A stretch of 64,000 nucleotides of DNA from Archangium sp. (GTDB lineage: Bacteria; Myxococcota; Myxococcia; Myxococcales; Myxococcaceae): contig JASGKS010000001.1 of assembly GCA_047600485.1 (NCBI GenBank), forward strand, positions 6,656,259-6,720,258, given 5' to 3'. Every line of letters begins with the position of its first letter. The stretch's first letter is position 1. The position numbers were made by a program, and so were the translations under genes. Below are positions 1 to 10,889 of the stretch, piece after piece. The notes beneath the pieces are model-generated. The model was not told the origin of the DNA. It worked only from the letters and a program-made list of their open reading frames with translations, and did no database searches.

Positions 1-487
1 CACCGTGCAGGATTACAGGTCGGCCATCATGCAATACGCGCAGGCGTCGCTGCGTGACGTCGCGGGCGGCATGAGCCTCGACGACCTGCTCTCGGAGCGT
101 GAAAAGATTCAGGAGCAGATCGCGCAGCACGTGGAGTCGCGTTCGACCGCGTGGGGCATTCACGTCGACGCGATTCGGTTGCTCGACATCGACATGCCGG
201 AAGACCTGAAGAAGATGATGTCGCGTCAGGCCTCGGCGGAACGCGAGAAGCGCGCCACCATCACCAAGGCCGAAGGTGACCGCGATGCGGCCGTGAATCT
301 CGCGGCGGCGGCGAAGACGATGTTCGAAGCGCCGGGCGCGATGCAGCTGCGCACGCTGCAGACGTTGGATGGGTTGGGCAGCTCGCCGTCGAACACCGTC
401 GTGCTCGCGGTCCCGGTCGAGGTGCTCGAGCTCGCGCGGCGGCTCGGCGTCACCGTCGAAGCGGGGCCGAGCGGGCGCGAGCGCTGA
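1..487 (+). CDS. SPFH/band-7 (stomatin/HflC-like) domain protein, 5' end truncated by the window edge
   Basis: ORF 5..487 stays open in frame back to nt 2. The translated C-terminal part (..AIMQYAQASLRDVAGGMSLDDLLSEREKIQEQI..IHVDAIRLLDIDMPEDL..QASAEREKRA..AEGDRDA..) resembles the coiled-coil tail of band-7/HflK/HflC proteins. GC3 is high. Confidence 0.6.
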   Translation, partial: TVQDYRSAIMQYAQASLRDVAGGMSLDDLLSEREKIQEQIAQHVESRSTAWGIHVDAIRLLDIDMPEDLKKMMSRQASAEREKRATITKAEGDRDAAVNLAAAAKTMFEAPGAMQLRTLQTLDGLGSSPSNTVVLAVPVEVLELARRLGVTVEAGPSGRER

Positions 488-496
488 CTTCGATTC

Positions 497-542
497 AGCC
501 CCTCACCCCGGCCCTCTCCCCGCTTCGCAGGGAGAGGGAGAC
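497..542. repeat. 45-nt GC-rich hairpin repeat (CCCTCTCCCC-loop-GGGAGAGGG family), copy 1
   Basis: cccctcaccccggccctctccccgcttcgcagggagagggag lies between the convergent stops of the SPFH gene and the 545..1009 gene. The 9-bp stem is ccctctccc/gggagaggg. Confidence 0.7.
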
Positions 543-544
543 AA

Positions 545-1009
545 CTACTTCCAGTCGACCGTAAGCGTCGCGCTGCCGTCGGCGTTCTTCACGACCTTCG
601 CCGCGTAGTCGCCGTTGCCGTTCACCTTCGCGGCGATGGCCTTCGCCACCTGCTCCGCGCTCTGACCGGCCTTGGTGCCGATGTCGGCGCAGTGCGCGAA
701 GTACCACTTGTTCTTCTCGGTGTAGCCGTTGGTGGTGTCGAACTTCGGCATCGCGTCTTTGTCGAACTCGATGCCGATGGAGCCGCCGAACTCCTCCATC
801 TTCTCGAAGTCGGACTGCTTCTCGCGCTGCGCGTGCGTGGAGCGCGTGTCACCCGGAATGCGCGTCTCGACGCCGTGCGCGGTGCCCTTGATGGTGAGCG
901 ACTGCTTCTTCGCGTCGTATTTCACCTTCAGGCCATCGTCGGAGTTCTTGATGTTCGACAACGTCACGTGAGCAGGAGTGCTGCGGCGAACAGGAGGCAT
1001 GCGCGGCAC
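545..1009 (-). CDS. hypothetical protein (Lys-rich, no recognisable family)
   Basis: 154-aa ORF with ordinary amino-acid composition. The overlapping plus-strand ORF (692..1237) is Arg-rich antisense noise. Start could be MPRM or MPPV. Confidence 0.45.
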   Translation of the reverse strand: MPRMPPVRRSTPAHVTLSNIKNSDDGLKVKYDAKKQSLTIKGTAHGVETRIPGDTRSTHAQREKQSDFEKMEEFGGSIGIEFDKDAMPKFDTTNGYTEKNKWYFAHCADIGTKAGQSAEQVAKAIAAKVNGNGDYAAKVVKNADGSATLTVDWK

Positions 1010-1018
1010 ACTGCCAGA

Positions 1019-2449
1019 TCAATTCGCCGCTTTGAACGACAGCGGGTACTTCACCGCCATCGGCTTGCCGTCAGACGGCTTCGGAAAGCGCATCGCGAGG
1101 AACGTCTTGCTCACGCATTCGGTGACCTTCGAGTCAGGAAAGCCACTGCCCTGCGCCGCGGTGACGCGACCATCGGCGCCGATGGTGAAGGCCATCGTCA
1201 GCGTGCCCTGCAGTTTCGGATTCTTGAGCAACGCTGATTCGTAGCAGGTGCGCGTGCGTCCGGTCGCCGAGCGGACCGTGGAGAGAATCGAGTCGCGATC
1301 GAGGCTGCCGCTCGGAGCTGGAGCCGCAGGCGCCTTCTTCTTCGCCGCGGGTCCAGCAGGCGCGGGAGGAGGAGACGCCACGGCCGCGACCGGCTCGGGC
1401 GGAAGATCAGCACACGCACGGTCCGGAAGCTGCGCGCAGAACGGCCGCATCACCGCCGCCGACAGCGCCGCGTCTTCCTCGTAGTTCGAGTCCTTCGCCG
1501 TCGGAGCGATGGCCGCGATTCCCTCGCAGAGCGTCTTGCCCGAATCGAGCTCGACCATGCGCAGCACGAGCTCGTCTCCGCGACGCACGCCGACGATTCC
1601 GTAGCCGCGTTCCATCTCGCGCTTCTCCAGCTTCGAGCCGGAGAGCGCGTTGAAGAATGTGTCGAGGAAGCTCGGGCGGTACACGAAGGAGTCGGTCGCG
1701 GTGTCGAGCTTCAGCGGAAATTCCGAGCTCAAGTACCCATCGCGCTTGCTCGACCACGACTTGCTCTGCGCTCCGTCGAGCAGCACCGAGATGGCGGGCT
1801 TCAACGAATCGACCGTGCAGTCGTTCCACCGATTTTCGATGTCTGTTTTGCCGAGGGCCGCGAGCGCCTTCGCTTCGGTCTCGTTGCGCTTCACCTGAAT
1901 TTCGTACGCCGCGTTCGCCGACGACATGAAGAGCAACGTCTTCGGCAGCACCAGCACGCTCGCCACGAGGAAGCCGACGAACATCGCCGCGAACATCCAG
2001 CCGATCATCTTGAAGCGTGCGCCGAAGCCGTCATCGGGAGCGAACACGCTCTCACCGTCGTAGCCGCGCGCGTGCGGGAAGCGCTGCTGAAACGGCGCGA
2101 GCGCTTCGGGCACGCTCTTCGCCCACGTCGCGATGCGGTACGTCTTGCCGTCGTCGGCGACGAGCACCACCGGGTAGTGCGTCACGATGCCTTGCACGTT
2201 CTGCACGATGGGGACCACCTGCGCGACGCGCTGCGGGTTGGCGAGCAGCGCGGCGAACTCGGCGGCTTTGACGCGCAGCCTCCAGATGGCGAAACCACCG
2301 CCCGCCATGAGCGCAGCACCGACTCCGGTGAAGGCGGGGAAGCCCGAGACGAGCCCACCGATGAACGGCATCGCGCCGAGCACGATGAGGGGAATCACCA
2401 ACACGCGCTGCGTCTTCCACGTTCGTTCGGCGAGAGCTTCGAGTGACAT
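1019..2449 (-). CDS. membrane protein with C-terminal AgmX/PglI-type (TonB-C-like) domain
   Basis: 476 aa with two predicted TM stretches near the N-terminus and again around residue 150. It has a Pro/Ala-rich linker (PPEPVAAVASPPPAPAGPAAKKKAPAAPAP). The C-terminal block DRDSILSTVRSATGRTRTCYESALLKNPKLQGTLTMAFTIGADGRVTAAQ..VKYPLSFKA matches the AgmX/PglI C-terminal domain that is common in Myxococcota. Confidence 0.6.
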   Translation of the reverse strand: MSLEALAERTWKTQRVLVIPLIVLGAMPFIGGLVSGFPAFTGVGAALMAGGGFAIWRLRVKAAEFAALLANPQRVAQVVPIVQNVQGIVTHYPVVLVADDGKTYRIATWAKSVPEALAPFQQRFPHARGYDGESVFAPDDGFGARFKMIGWMFAAMFVGFLVASVLVLPKTLLFMSSANAAYEIQVKRNETEAKALAALGKTDIENRWNDCTVDSLKPAISVLLDGAQSKSWSSKRDGYLSSEFPLKLDTATDSFVYRPSFLDTFFNALSGSKLEKREMERGYGIVGVRRGDELVLRMVELDSGKTLCEGIAAIAPTAKDSNYEEDAALSAAVMRPFCAQLPDRACADLPPEPVAAVASPPPAPAGPAAKKKAPAAPAPSGSLDRDSILSTVRSATGRTRTCYESALLKNPKLQGTLTMAFTIGADGRVTAAQGSGFPDSKVTECVSKTFLAMRFPKPSDGKPMAVKYPLSFKAAN

Positions 2450-2520
2450 GTGCGCGGCCTTGACCCTTCATCGAGAGCTGCGGTGACAGATATTCCGAAG
2501 CCCGGTGTTCAACGGGCACC

Positions 2521-3231
2521 ATGAACCACGCACTGCTGAAATCAGCCCTGATTCTGAGCCTTTCCACGCTGTCGGCCTGCCAGCTCGCGACCGGGAGCGG
2601 GAATGTCGTTTCTGAAAATCGCGAGGTCTCGTCGTTCCGCAAAGTCGATGTCGCCGACGGCATCACGCTGCACGCGACGACCGGTTCGCGCGCGCTGAAG
2701 CTGACCGCAGACGACAACCTGATGCCGCTGATTCAAACCTTCGTGACCGGCGACACGCTGCACATCCAGCTCAAGCCGACGACGGTCGCTCCGGTGTTGT
2801 CGACGTTGACGGCCGACGTCAGCAACGACCTGTTCGAGGGCCTCGACGCGTCGGGCGGCTGCCTGGTCGACGTCGCCGCGACCTCGACCGACGACTTTCC
2901 CATCACCGCGTCGGGCGGCAGCGACGTCACCATCACCGGGCTCGCGACCAACACCGTCACGATGGACGCGTCGGGTGGCAGCACCATCACCTTGAGCGGC
3001 ACGGCCGTGTCAGGCACCGCGTCGTCCTCGGGTGGCAGTGGCTTGAAGCTGCGCGGGCTGCCGATGCAGCGTCTGGCCGTCGACGCGTCGGGTGGAGCGA
3101 CCGTCGTGGCGCGCGTCTCGTCGTCGTTGACGGGCAGCGCTTCGGGTGGGAGCACGGTGTCCATCATCGGCACGCCGTCCAGCCGGCTCGACGTCTCGGG
3201 CGGCTCGCAGTTGAACCTCAACGTGGAGTGA
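2521..3231 (+). CDS. lipoprotein with head-GIN/DUF2807 (putative adhesin, LiaF-related) beta-rich repeats
   Basis: Signal peptide plus lipobox (LSTLSAC). Repeated ..ASGGS.V.I.G.. beta-strand motifs (DASGGSTITLSG, DASGGATVVARV, DVSGGSQLNLNV) are typical of DUF2807/DUF4097 envelope-stress proteins. The stop abuts the GTG start of the downstream sigma gene. Confidence 0.6.
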   Translation: MNHALLKSALILSLSTLSACQLATGSGNVVSENREVSSFRKVDVADGITLHATTGSRALKLTADDNLMPLIQTFVTGDTLHIQLKPTTVAPVLSTLTADVSNDLFEGLDASGGCLVDVAATSTDDFPITASGGSDVTITGLATNTVTMDASGGSTITLSGTAVSGTASSSGGSGLKLRGLPMQRLAVDASGGATVVARVSSSLTGSASGGSTVSIIGTPSSRLDVSGGSQLNLNVE

Positions 3232-3720
3232 GTGGTGAGCGTCGGCGTCGAGCAGCTGTACGCGAAGTACGGCCCGATGGTGCTGCGGCGCTGCCGCCAC
3301 CTCTTGCGCGATGAAGCGCGGGCGCTCGACGCGATGCAGGACGTCTTCGTGCTGGTGCTGCGCCATCAGCACCGGCTCGACGACGGGAGTGGCAGCTCGC
3401 TGTTGTTCCGCCTCGCGACGAACGTGTGCCTGAATCTGATGCGTGGCACCCGTCGCAAGGCCGAGGACGCCGATGACGAGAAGGTGCTCGCCATCGCGCA
3501 GGAGCTGGACGTCGAGAGTCGCGCGCAGGCGCGGAGCTTTTTGAATCGGTTGTTCGCGGATGAGCCCGAGACGACCGCCAGCATCGCCGTCATGCATTGG
3601 GTCGACGGCATGACCTGGGAAGAAGTGGCGCGTGAAATGAACATGTCGGTCAGCGGAGTGCGCAAGCGCGCCCGCGGAATCACCGAACGAGTGCAGGCCC
3701 TGCAGGAGAGACAGCCGTGA
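3232..3720 (+). CDS. ECF-family RNA polymerase sigma factor
   Basis: 162 aa. Region 2 (DAMQDVFVLVLRHQHRLD..LLFRLATNVCLNLMR) and region 4 HTH (MTWEEVAREMNMSVSGVRKRARG). GTG start immediately after the upstream stop. Overlaps the downstream gene by 4 nt. Confidence 0.8.
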   Translation: MVSVGVEQLYAKYGPMVLRRCRHLLRDEARALDAMQDVFVLVLRHQHRLDDGSGSSLLFRLATNVCLNLMRGTRRKAEDADDEKVLAIAQELDVESRAQARSFLNRLFADEPETTASIAVMHWVDGMTWEEVAREMNMSVSGVRKRARGITERVQALQERQP

Positions 3721-4451
3721 ACGCCATTCCAGACTGGAAACTCGAGCGCTACCGCTTGAAGGAATTGCCGGAGAGCGATGCGCGCCTGGTGTCGGCCGCG
3801 CTCGAGAACGACCCGGAGCTGCGCGCGCGGTTGGCGGCGCTGGAAGCCGATGACGCCGCGACGCTCGCTGCGCATGCGCCCGCGCGGGTTGCTGCTCGTA
3901 TCGAGTTGACGGCGCGTGACAGTGTTGCGCCGAAGCAGTCGCCGCTGCGCTGGTTGGTGCCGGTGATGGCCGTGGCCGCGGCGCTCGTGCTCGCCTTCGT
4001 GCTGCCGCGCAACACCGTGGACGACGACATCATCTTCAAGGGCGACGTCGCGCTGAAGCTGTTCCGTCTCGATGAAGGCTCTGAAGTTCCGGTGCGCCTC
4101 GTCGATGGAGCCCACGTGAAGTCGCACGATCTCGTTCAAGTCGCGTTCGACCTTCAGGGCGCGCAGTACGCGGTGGTGGTGAGCGTCGACGGAAGTGGCG
4201 GCGCGACGCTGCACTGGCCCACGTCGATCGCGTCGGACACGAAGGTGCCCGCGGCGTTCAAGGCGCTGCCGCAGAGCTTCGAGCTCGATGACGCTCCGGC
4301 GTTCGAGCGGTTCTTCCTGGTGGTGTCGAACGAGCCGCTCAACGCCGCGACGGTGCTCGACGACGCGAAGCGTGCGGGCCGCAACGGCACGTTGATCATT
4401 CCTCCTCGCGCGGCGCAGCGTTCACTCTTGCTCGACAAGGTGAACCCGTGA
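3717..4451 (+). CDS. membrane-spanning anti-sigma factor (cognate of the ECF sigma at 3232)
   Basis: 4-nt overlap with the sigma stop (GTGA). The cytoplasmic N-terminal segment precedes a single TM (WLVPVMAVAAALVLAFVLP) and an extracytoplasmic C-domain. This layout is typical of ECF anti-sigma factors. Confidence 0.6.
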   Translation: MNAIPDWKLERYRLKELPESDARLVSAALENDPELRARLAALEADDAATLAAHAPARVAARIELTARDSVAPKQSPLRWLVPVMAVAAALVLAFVLPRNTVDDDIIFKGDVALKLFRLDEGSEVPVRLVDGAHVKSHDLVQVAFDLQGAQYAVVVSVDGSGGATLHWPTSIASDTKVPAAFKALPQSFELDDAPAFERFFLVVSNEPLNAATVLDDAKRAGRNGTLIIPPRAAQRSLLLDKVNP

Positions 4452-4467
4452 GCGTCGGGAGTCTGTT

Positions 4468-4506
4468 TCACCCTCACCCCGACCCTCTCCCTTGCGGGAG
4501 AGGGGG
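4468..4506. repeat. 45-nt GC-rich hairpin repeat, copy 2 (3' arm forms the SD of the caspase gene)
   Basis: ccctcaccccgaccctctcccttgcgggagaggggga. ATG 4516 lies about 10 nt downstream. Confidence 0.7.
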
Positions 4507-4515
4507 ATCGTTTCC

Positions 4516-6609
4516 ATGAACCTCGCACTTGCTCTGAGTCTCCTCGTCGTTTCGCAAACGCAGGCGCCGACCACGCTGCGTCGCTTCGCGCTCGTCGCGG
4601 GCGCCAACGACGGCGGCAGCACGCGCGTGCAACTCCGCTACGCGAACTCCGACGCGCGCGCGATGACCCGCGTGCTCACCCAGCTCGGCGGAGTCGACGC
4701 CCGCGACGTGGTCACCGTCGAAGACCCCACGCCCGAACAGCTCACTGCGGCGCTGCAGCAACTCCAATCACGACTCACGGAAGCCAAGAGCGGCCCAGCA
4801 CGACTCGAGGTCTTCTTCTATTACTCCGGCCACAGCGACGAAGAGGGTCTGCTGCTGCGCGGAGAACGCCTCACCTATTCCGCGCTGCGAGCCAAGCTCG
4901 ACGCCCTGCCCGCCGAGGTGCGCATCGCGGTGCTCGACTCCTGCGCCTCGGGCGCCATGACCCTGCTCAAGGGCGGCGCCGCACGTCCCTCGTTCCTGGT
5001 CGACGCGGCCACCTCGCTCAGCGGTCACGCGTTCCTCACCAGCGCCTCGGCCGACGAAGCCGCGCAAGAATCGGAGCGGCTCAAAGCAAGCATCTTCACC
5101 CACTATTTCCTGTCTGGTTTGCGCGGGGCCGCCGACATGTCGCGCGACGGCCGCGTGACGCTCGCCGAGGCGTACCAGTACGCGTTCAACGAGACGCTCA
5201 CCCGCACCACCTCGACGCGCGCCGGCCCGCAGCGCCCGGGTTGGGACATTCAGCTCGTCGGCACCGGAGACCTGGTGCTCACCGACCTCCGCGCCGCTGA
5301 CGCGAAGCTGGTGCTCGACGCTCCGCTCTCAGGCCGCGTGCACGTGCTCGGCGCCAACGGCGGCCTGGTGGTCGAAGTCGCCAAGCCGCCCGGAAAACCC
5401 GTCGAGCTCGGCCTCGAAGCCGGCGAGTACCGCGTCATCGTCGACGACGGCGCGGGTCACGTCGGAGAGACGAAGCTCGCGCTCACCTCGCAGGGCACGC
5501 AGGTGCTCACGACTGGCTCGCTGCAAGCCACCACGCTCGAAGCCACGGTGCGCCGCGGTGACGAGGAGCGTCCGTACTTGCCGGTCGACGTCGCGTTCGT
5601 GCCGCCGCTGAGCATCTCGGGCGTGATGGGCACTCCGCCGCGCAGCAACTTCGCGTTCGGCATCATCGGCGTACGCTCGGGCGCGGTCGACGGTCTCACG
5701 CTCGGCAGCGTCGGCGCGTGGGTCGACGGTCCGTTGAACGGAGTCGGTATCGGCGGCGTGTTGCTCAAGAACGGCAACATGACGGGGCTGGGAATTTCCG
5801 GAGTGGTGCACGTCACCGCGGGCGACCTCACCGGCTGGAGCGCGTCGACCGTCAGCATCGTCAGCGGCGAGCTGCGCGGCCTGCAGACCAGCATGGTGAA
5901 CGTGACCGGCGGTCGTACCCTCGGTGCGCAGGCGGGCCTCGCCAACGTGGCCGCGGGCTTCACCGGCGTGCAGGCGAGTTTGCTCAACGTGTCGCCCATC
6001 GACTCCACCGGCGCGCAAATCGGCCTGCTCAACGTCGGCGGAGATCTCACCGGCGGCCAAATCGGTCTGCTCAACATCGCGCACAGCGTGAAAGGCACGC
6101 AGCTTGGTCTCTTGAACATCGCGGCCGAGAGCACTGCACCCATCGGGCTGTTGAGCGTGGTGACGAAGGGCAAGTTCAACGCCGCGGTCTGGGCGAACGA
6201 GACGTCGGTCATCAACCTCGGCCTCAAGCTCGGCAGCGCGAACGTGTACAGCTTCGCGGTCGGCGGCATCAACCCGCGCGGCACCAACGGTCGCGTGGTG
6301 TTGAGCGCGGGCCTGGGTCTCGGCGTCCGCGCGCGCTTCGGTGAGCGCTTCTACGGAGAGCTCGAGGGCACCTGCGAGAACCTGCTGCAGACCGGGCCGG
6401 TGTGGAGCAACTCCGGCCTGAGCACCGGCGCGCGGCTCAACGTCGGCTTCCAGCTCTTCGAGAAGCTCGCGGTGTTCGCCGGCCCGCAGTTCCACGTGCA
6501 CGTCGCGATGAACAACGCCGACGTGAAGACGCTGTCACCGTGGGGCTTCGACGTGTCGCCTTCCGTTCGCCTCGTTCCGGGTTTCGTGGTCGGCGTGCAG
6601 GTGCTGTGA
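4516..6609 (+). CDS. caspase-family (peptidase C14) protein with C-terminal Gly-rich repeat/beta region, secreted
   Basis: Signal peptide MNLALALSLLVVSQTQA. The caspase catalytic dyad context is present: FFYYSGHSDEEGLL (His) and IAVLDSCASGAM (Cys). It is followed by about 10 tandem repeats of G.Q.GLLNV/I-type motifs and a C-terminal beta-rich segment. ATG 4516 is preceded by a GGGGGA SD; the ORF-track start at 4492 is less likely. Confidence 0.75.
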   Translation: MNLALALSLLVVSQTQAPTTLRRFALVAGANDGGSTRVQLRYANSDARAMTRVLTQLGGVDARDVVTVEDPTPEQLTAALQQLQSRLTEAKSGPARLEVFFYYSGHSDEEGLLLRGERLTYSALRAKLDALPAEVRIAVLDSCASGAMTLLKGGAARPSFLVDAATSLSGHAFLTSASADEAAQESERLKASIFTHYFLSGLRGAADMSRDGRVTLAEAYQYAFNETLTRTTSTRAGPQRPGWDIQLVGTGDLVLTDLRAADAKLVLDAPLSGRVHVLGANGGLVVEVAKPPGKPVELGLEAGEYRVIVDDGAGHVGETKLALTSQGTQVLTTGSLQATTLEATVRRGDEERPYLPVDVAFVPPLSISGVMGTPPRSNFAFGIIGVRSGAVDGLTLGSVGAWVDGPLNGVGIGGVLLKNGNMTGLGISGVVHVTAGDLTGWSASTVSIVSGELRGLQTSMVNVTGGRTLGAQAGLANVAAGFTGVQASLLNVSPIDSTGAQIGLLNVGGDLTGGQIGLLNIAHSVKGTQLGLLNIAAESTAPIGLLSVVTKGKFNAAVWANETSVINLGLKLGSANVYSFAVGGINPRGTNGRVVLSAGLGLGVRARFGERFYGELEGTCENLLQTGPVWSNSGLSTGARLNVGFQLFEKLAVFAGPQFHVHVAMNNADVKTLSPWGFDVSPSVRLVPGFVVGVQVL

Positions 6610-6611
6610 GC

Positions 6612-6645
6612 TGGGGCGGGTTGAGGTGCCCTGCCCCGCACCAAG
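6612..6645 (+). terminator. possible GC-rich stem-loop 3' of the caspase-family gene (no U-tract)
   Basis: ctggggcgggttgaggtgccctgccccgc can form an 8-bp bulged stem 3 nt after the stop. A T-run is absent, as is usual in high-GC genomes. Confidence 0.2.
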
Positions 6646-6758
6646 CGCATGATTTCGCTCAAGGCACACATTCTGCGCAGAAGTAAGCAACTCGCTTCGA
6701 GCGACATCGAGAATGCTCGCAACCCGCCGCACTGCAGTCACTCCCAAGGACAAAGACC

Positions 6759-7076
6759 ATGACCTCAGTGAAGAAGACGACGCAGACGCAGCAGAGCTCG
6801 CACCCCGCCGGCATCATGATGCCGACGAAAGATCAGCTCATCAAAACCTACCGCTCCATCACCGAGGCGGCCGAGAAGAACCACACCGCGAAGAAGCTCG
6901 CGCGTGCGCCGGCCGGTTGGGAGAAGGCGCCGAGCTACAACATCACGCGTCCGGGCCTGCTCGGCGTCGGCAAGACGGCGTACGTCATCAAGGGCGAAAT
7001 CTACGTGAAGACCCAGGTCGTCTCGCCCACCGCGAAGCCGCGTTGGGAGAAGGTCGGTCCCGCGCCGCTGTTCTGA
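6759..7076 (+). CDS. hypothetical small protein
   Basis: 105-aa ORF with high GC3. No recognisable family. Confidence 0.35.
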   Translation: MTSVKKTTQTQQSSHPAGIMMPTKDQLIKTYRSITEAAEKNHTAKKLARAPAGWEKAPSYNITRPGLLGVGKTAYVIKGEIYVKTQVVSPTAKPRWEKVGPAPLF

Positions 7077-7095
7077 GGGCGCTACACTTCCGAGC

Positions 7096-7497
7096 GTGAC
7101 GCCGACCTTCGCCACGCTCGGAATGCGACTCGCCCGCGCGCTCGGGTTCGACGTCGACCCCGAATACTTCAACGAAGACGCCTGCTGGACGCTGGTCGCC
7201 AAGCTCGAAGAATTCACCAACGAGCAGAAGAAGCTCGACCCGACGGTCCTGCACCTGCTCGAAGAAATCGCGATGACGCTCAACGTGCGCGGAGGCGACG
7301 CCACCCGCTTCCACGACGCCCTCGAAGCGCAGCTCGGCTCGTCACCCTTTCCCGCGAGCACCATCGTCAGCATCGTGCAGCACGTGCGCGGGCAACTTCA
7401 CTTCGCCACTCGCAAGGCACCGGTGCAGCTCCACATGCACCATCGCGAACACGTGCCGCTCAAGTCGCTCGATTACGGTGACGATGACGCGGAGTGA
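7096..7497 (+). CDS. hypothetical protein
   Basis: 133-aa ORF with GTG start and high GC3. Lies immediately upstream of katG. Confidence 0.35.
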   Translation: MTPTFATLGMRLARALGFDVDPEYFNEDACWTLVAKLEEFTNEQKKLDPTVLHLLEEIAMTLNVRGGDATRFHDALEAQLGSSPFPASTIVSIVQHVRGQLHFATRKAPVQLHMHHREHVPLKSLDYGDDDAE

Positions 7498-7501
7498 ATG
7501 A

Positions 7502-10885
<3,384 letters not shown>

Positions 10886-10889
<4 letters not shown>

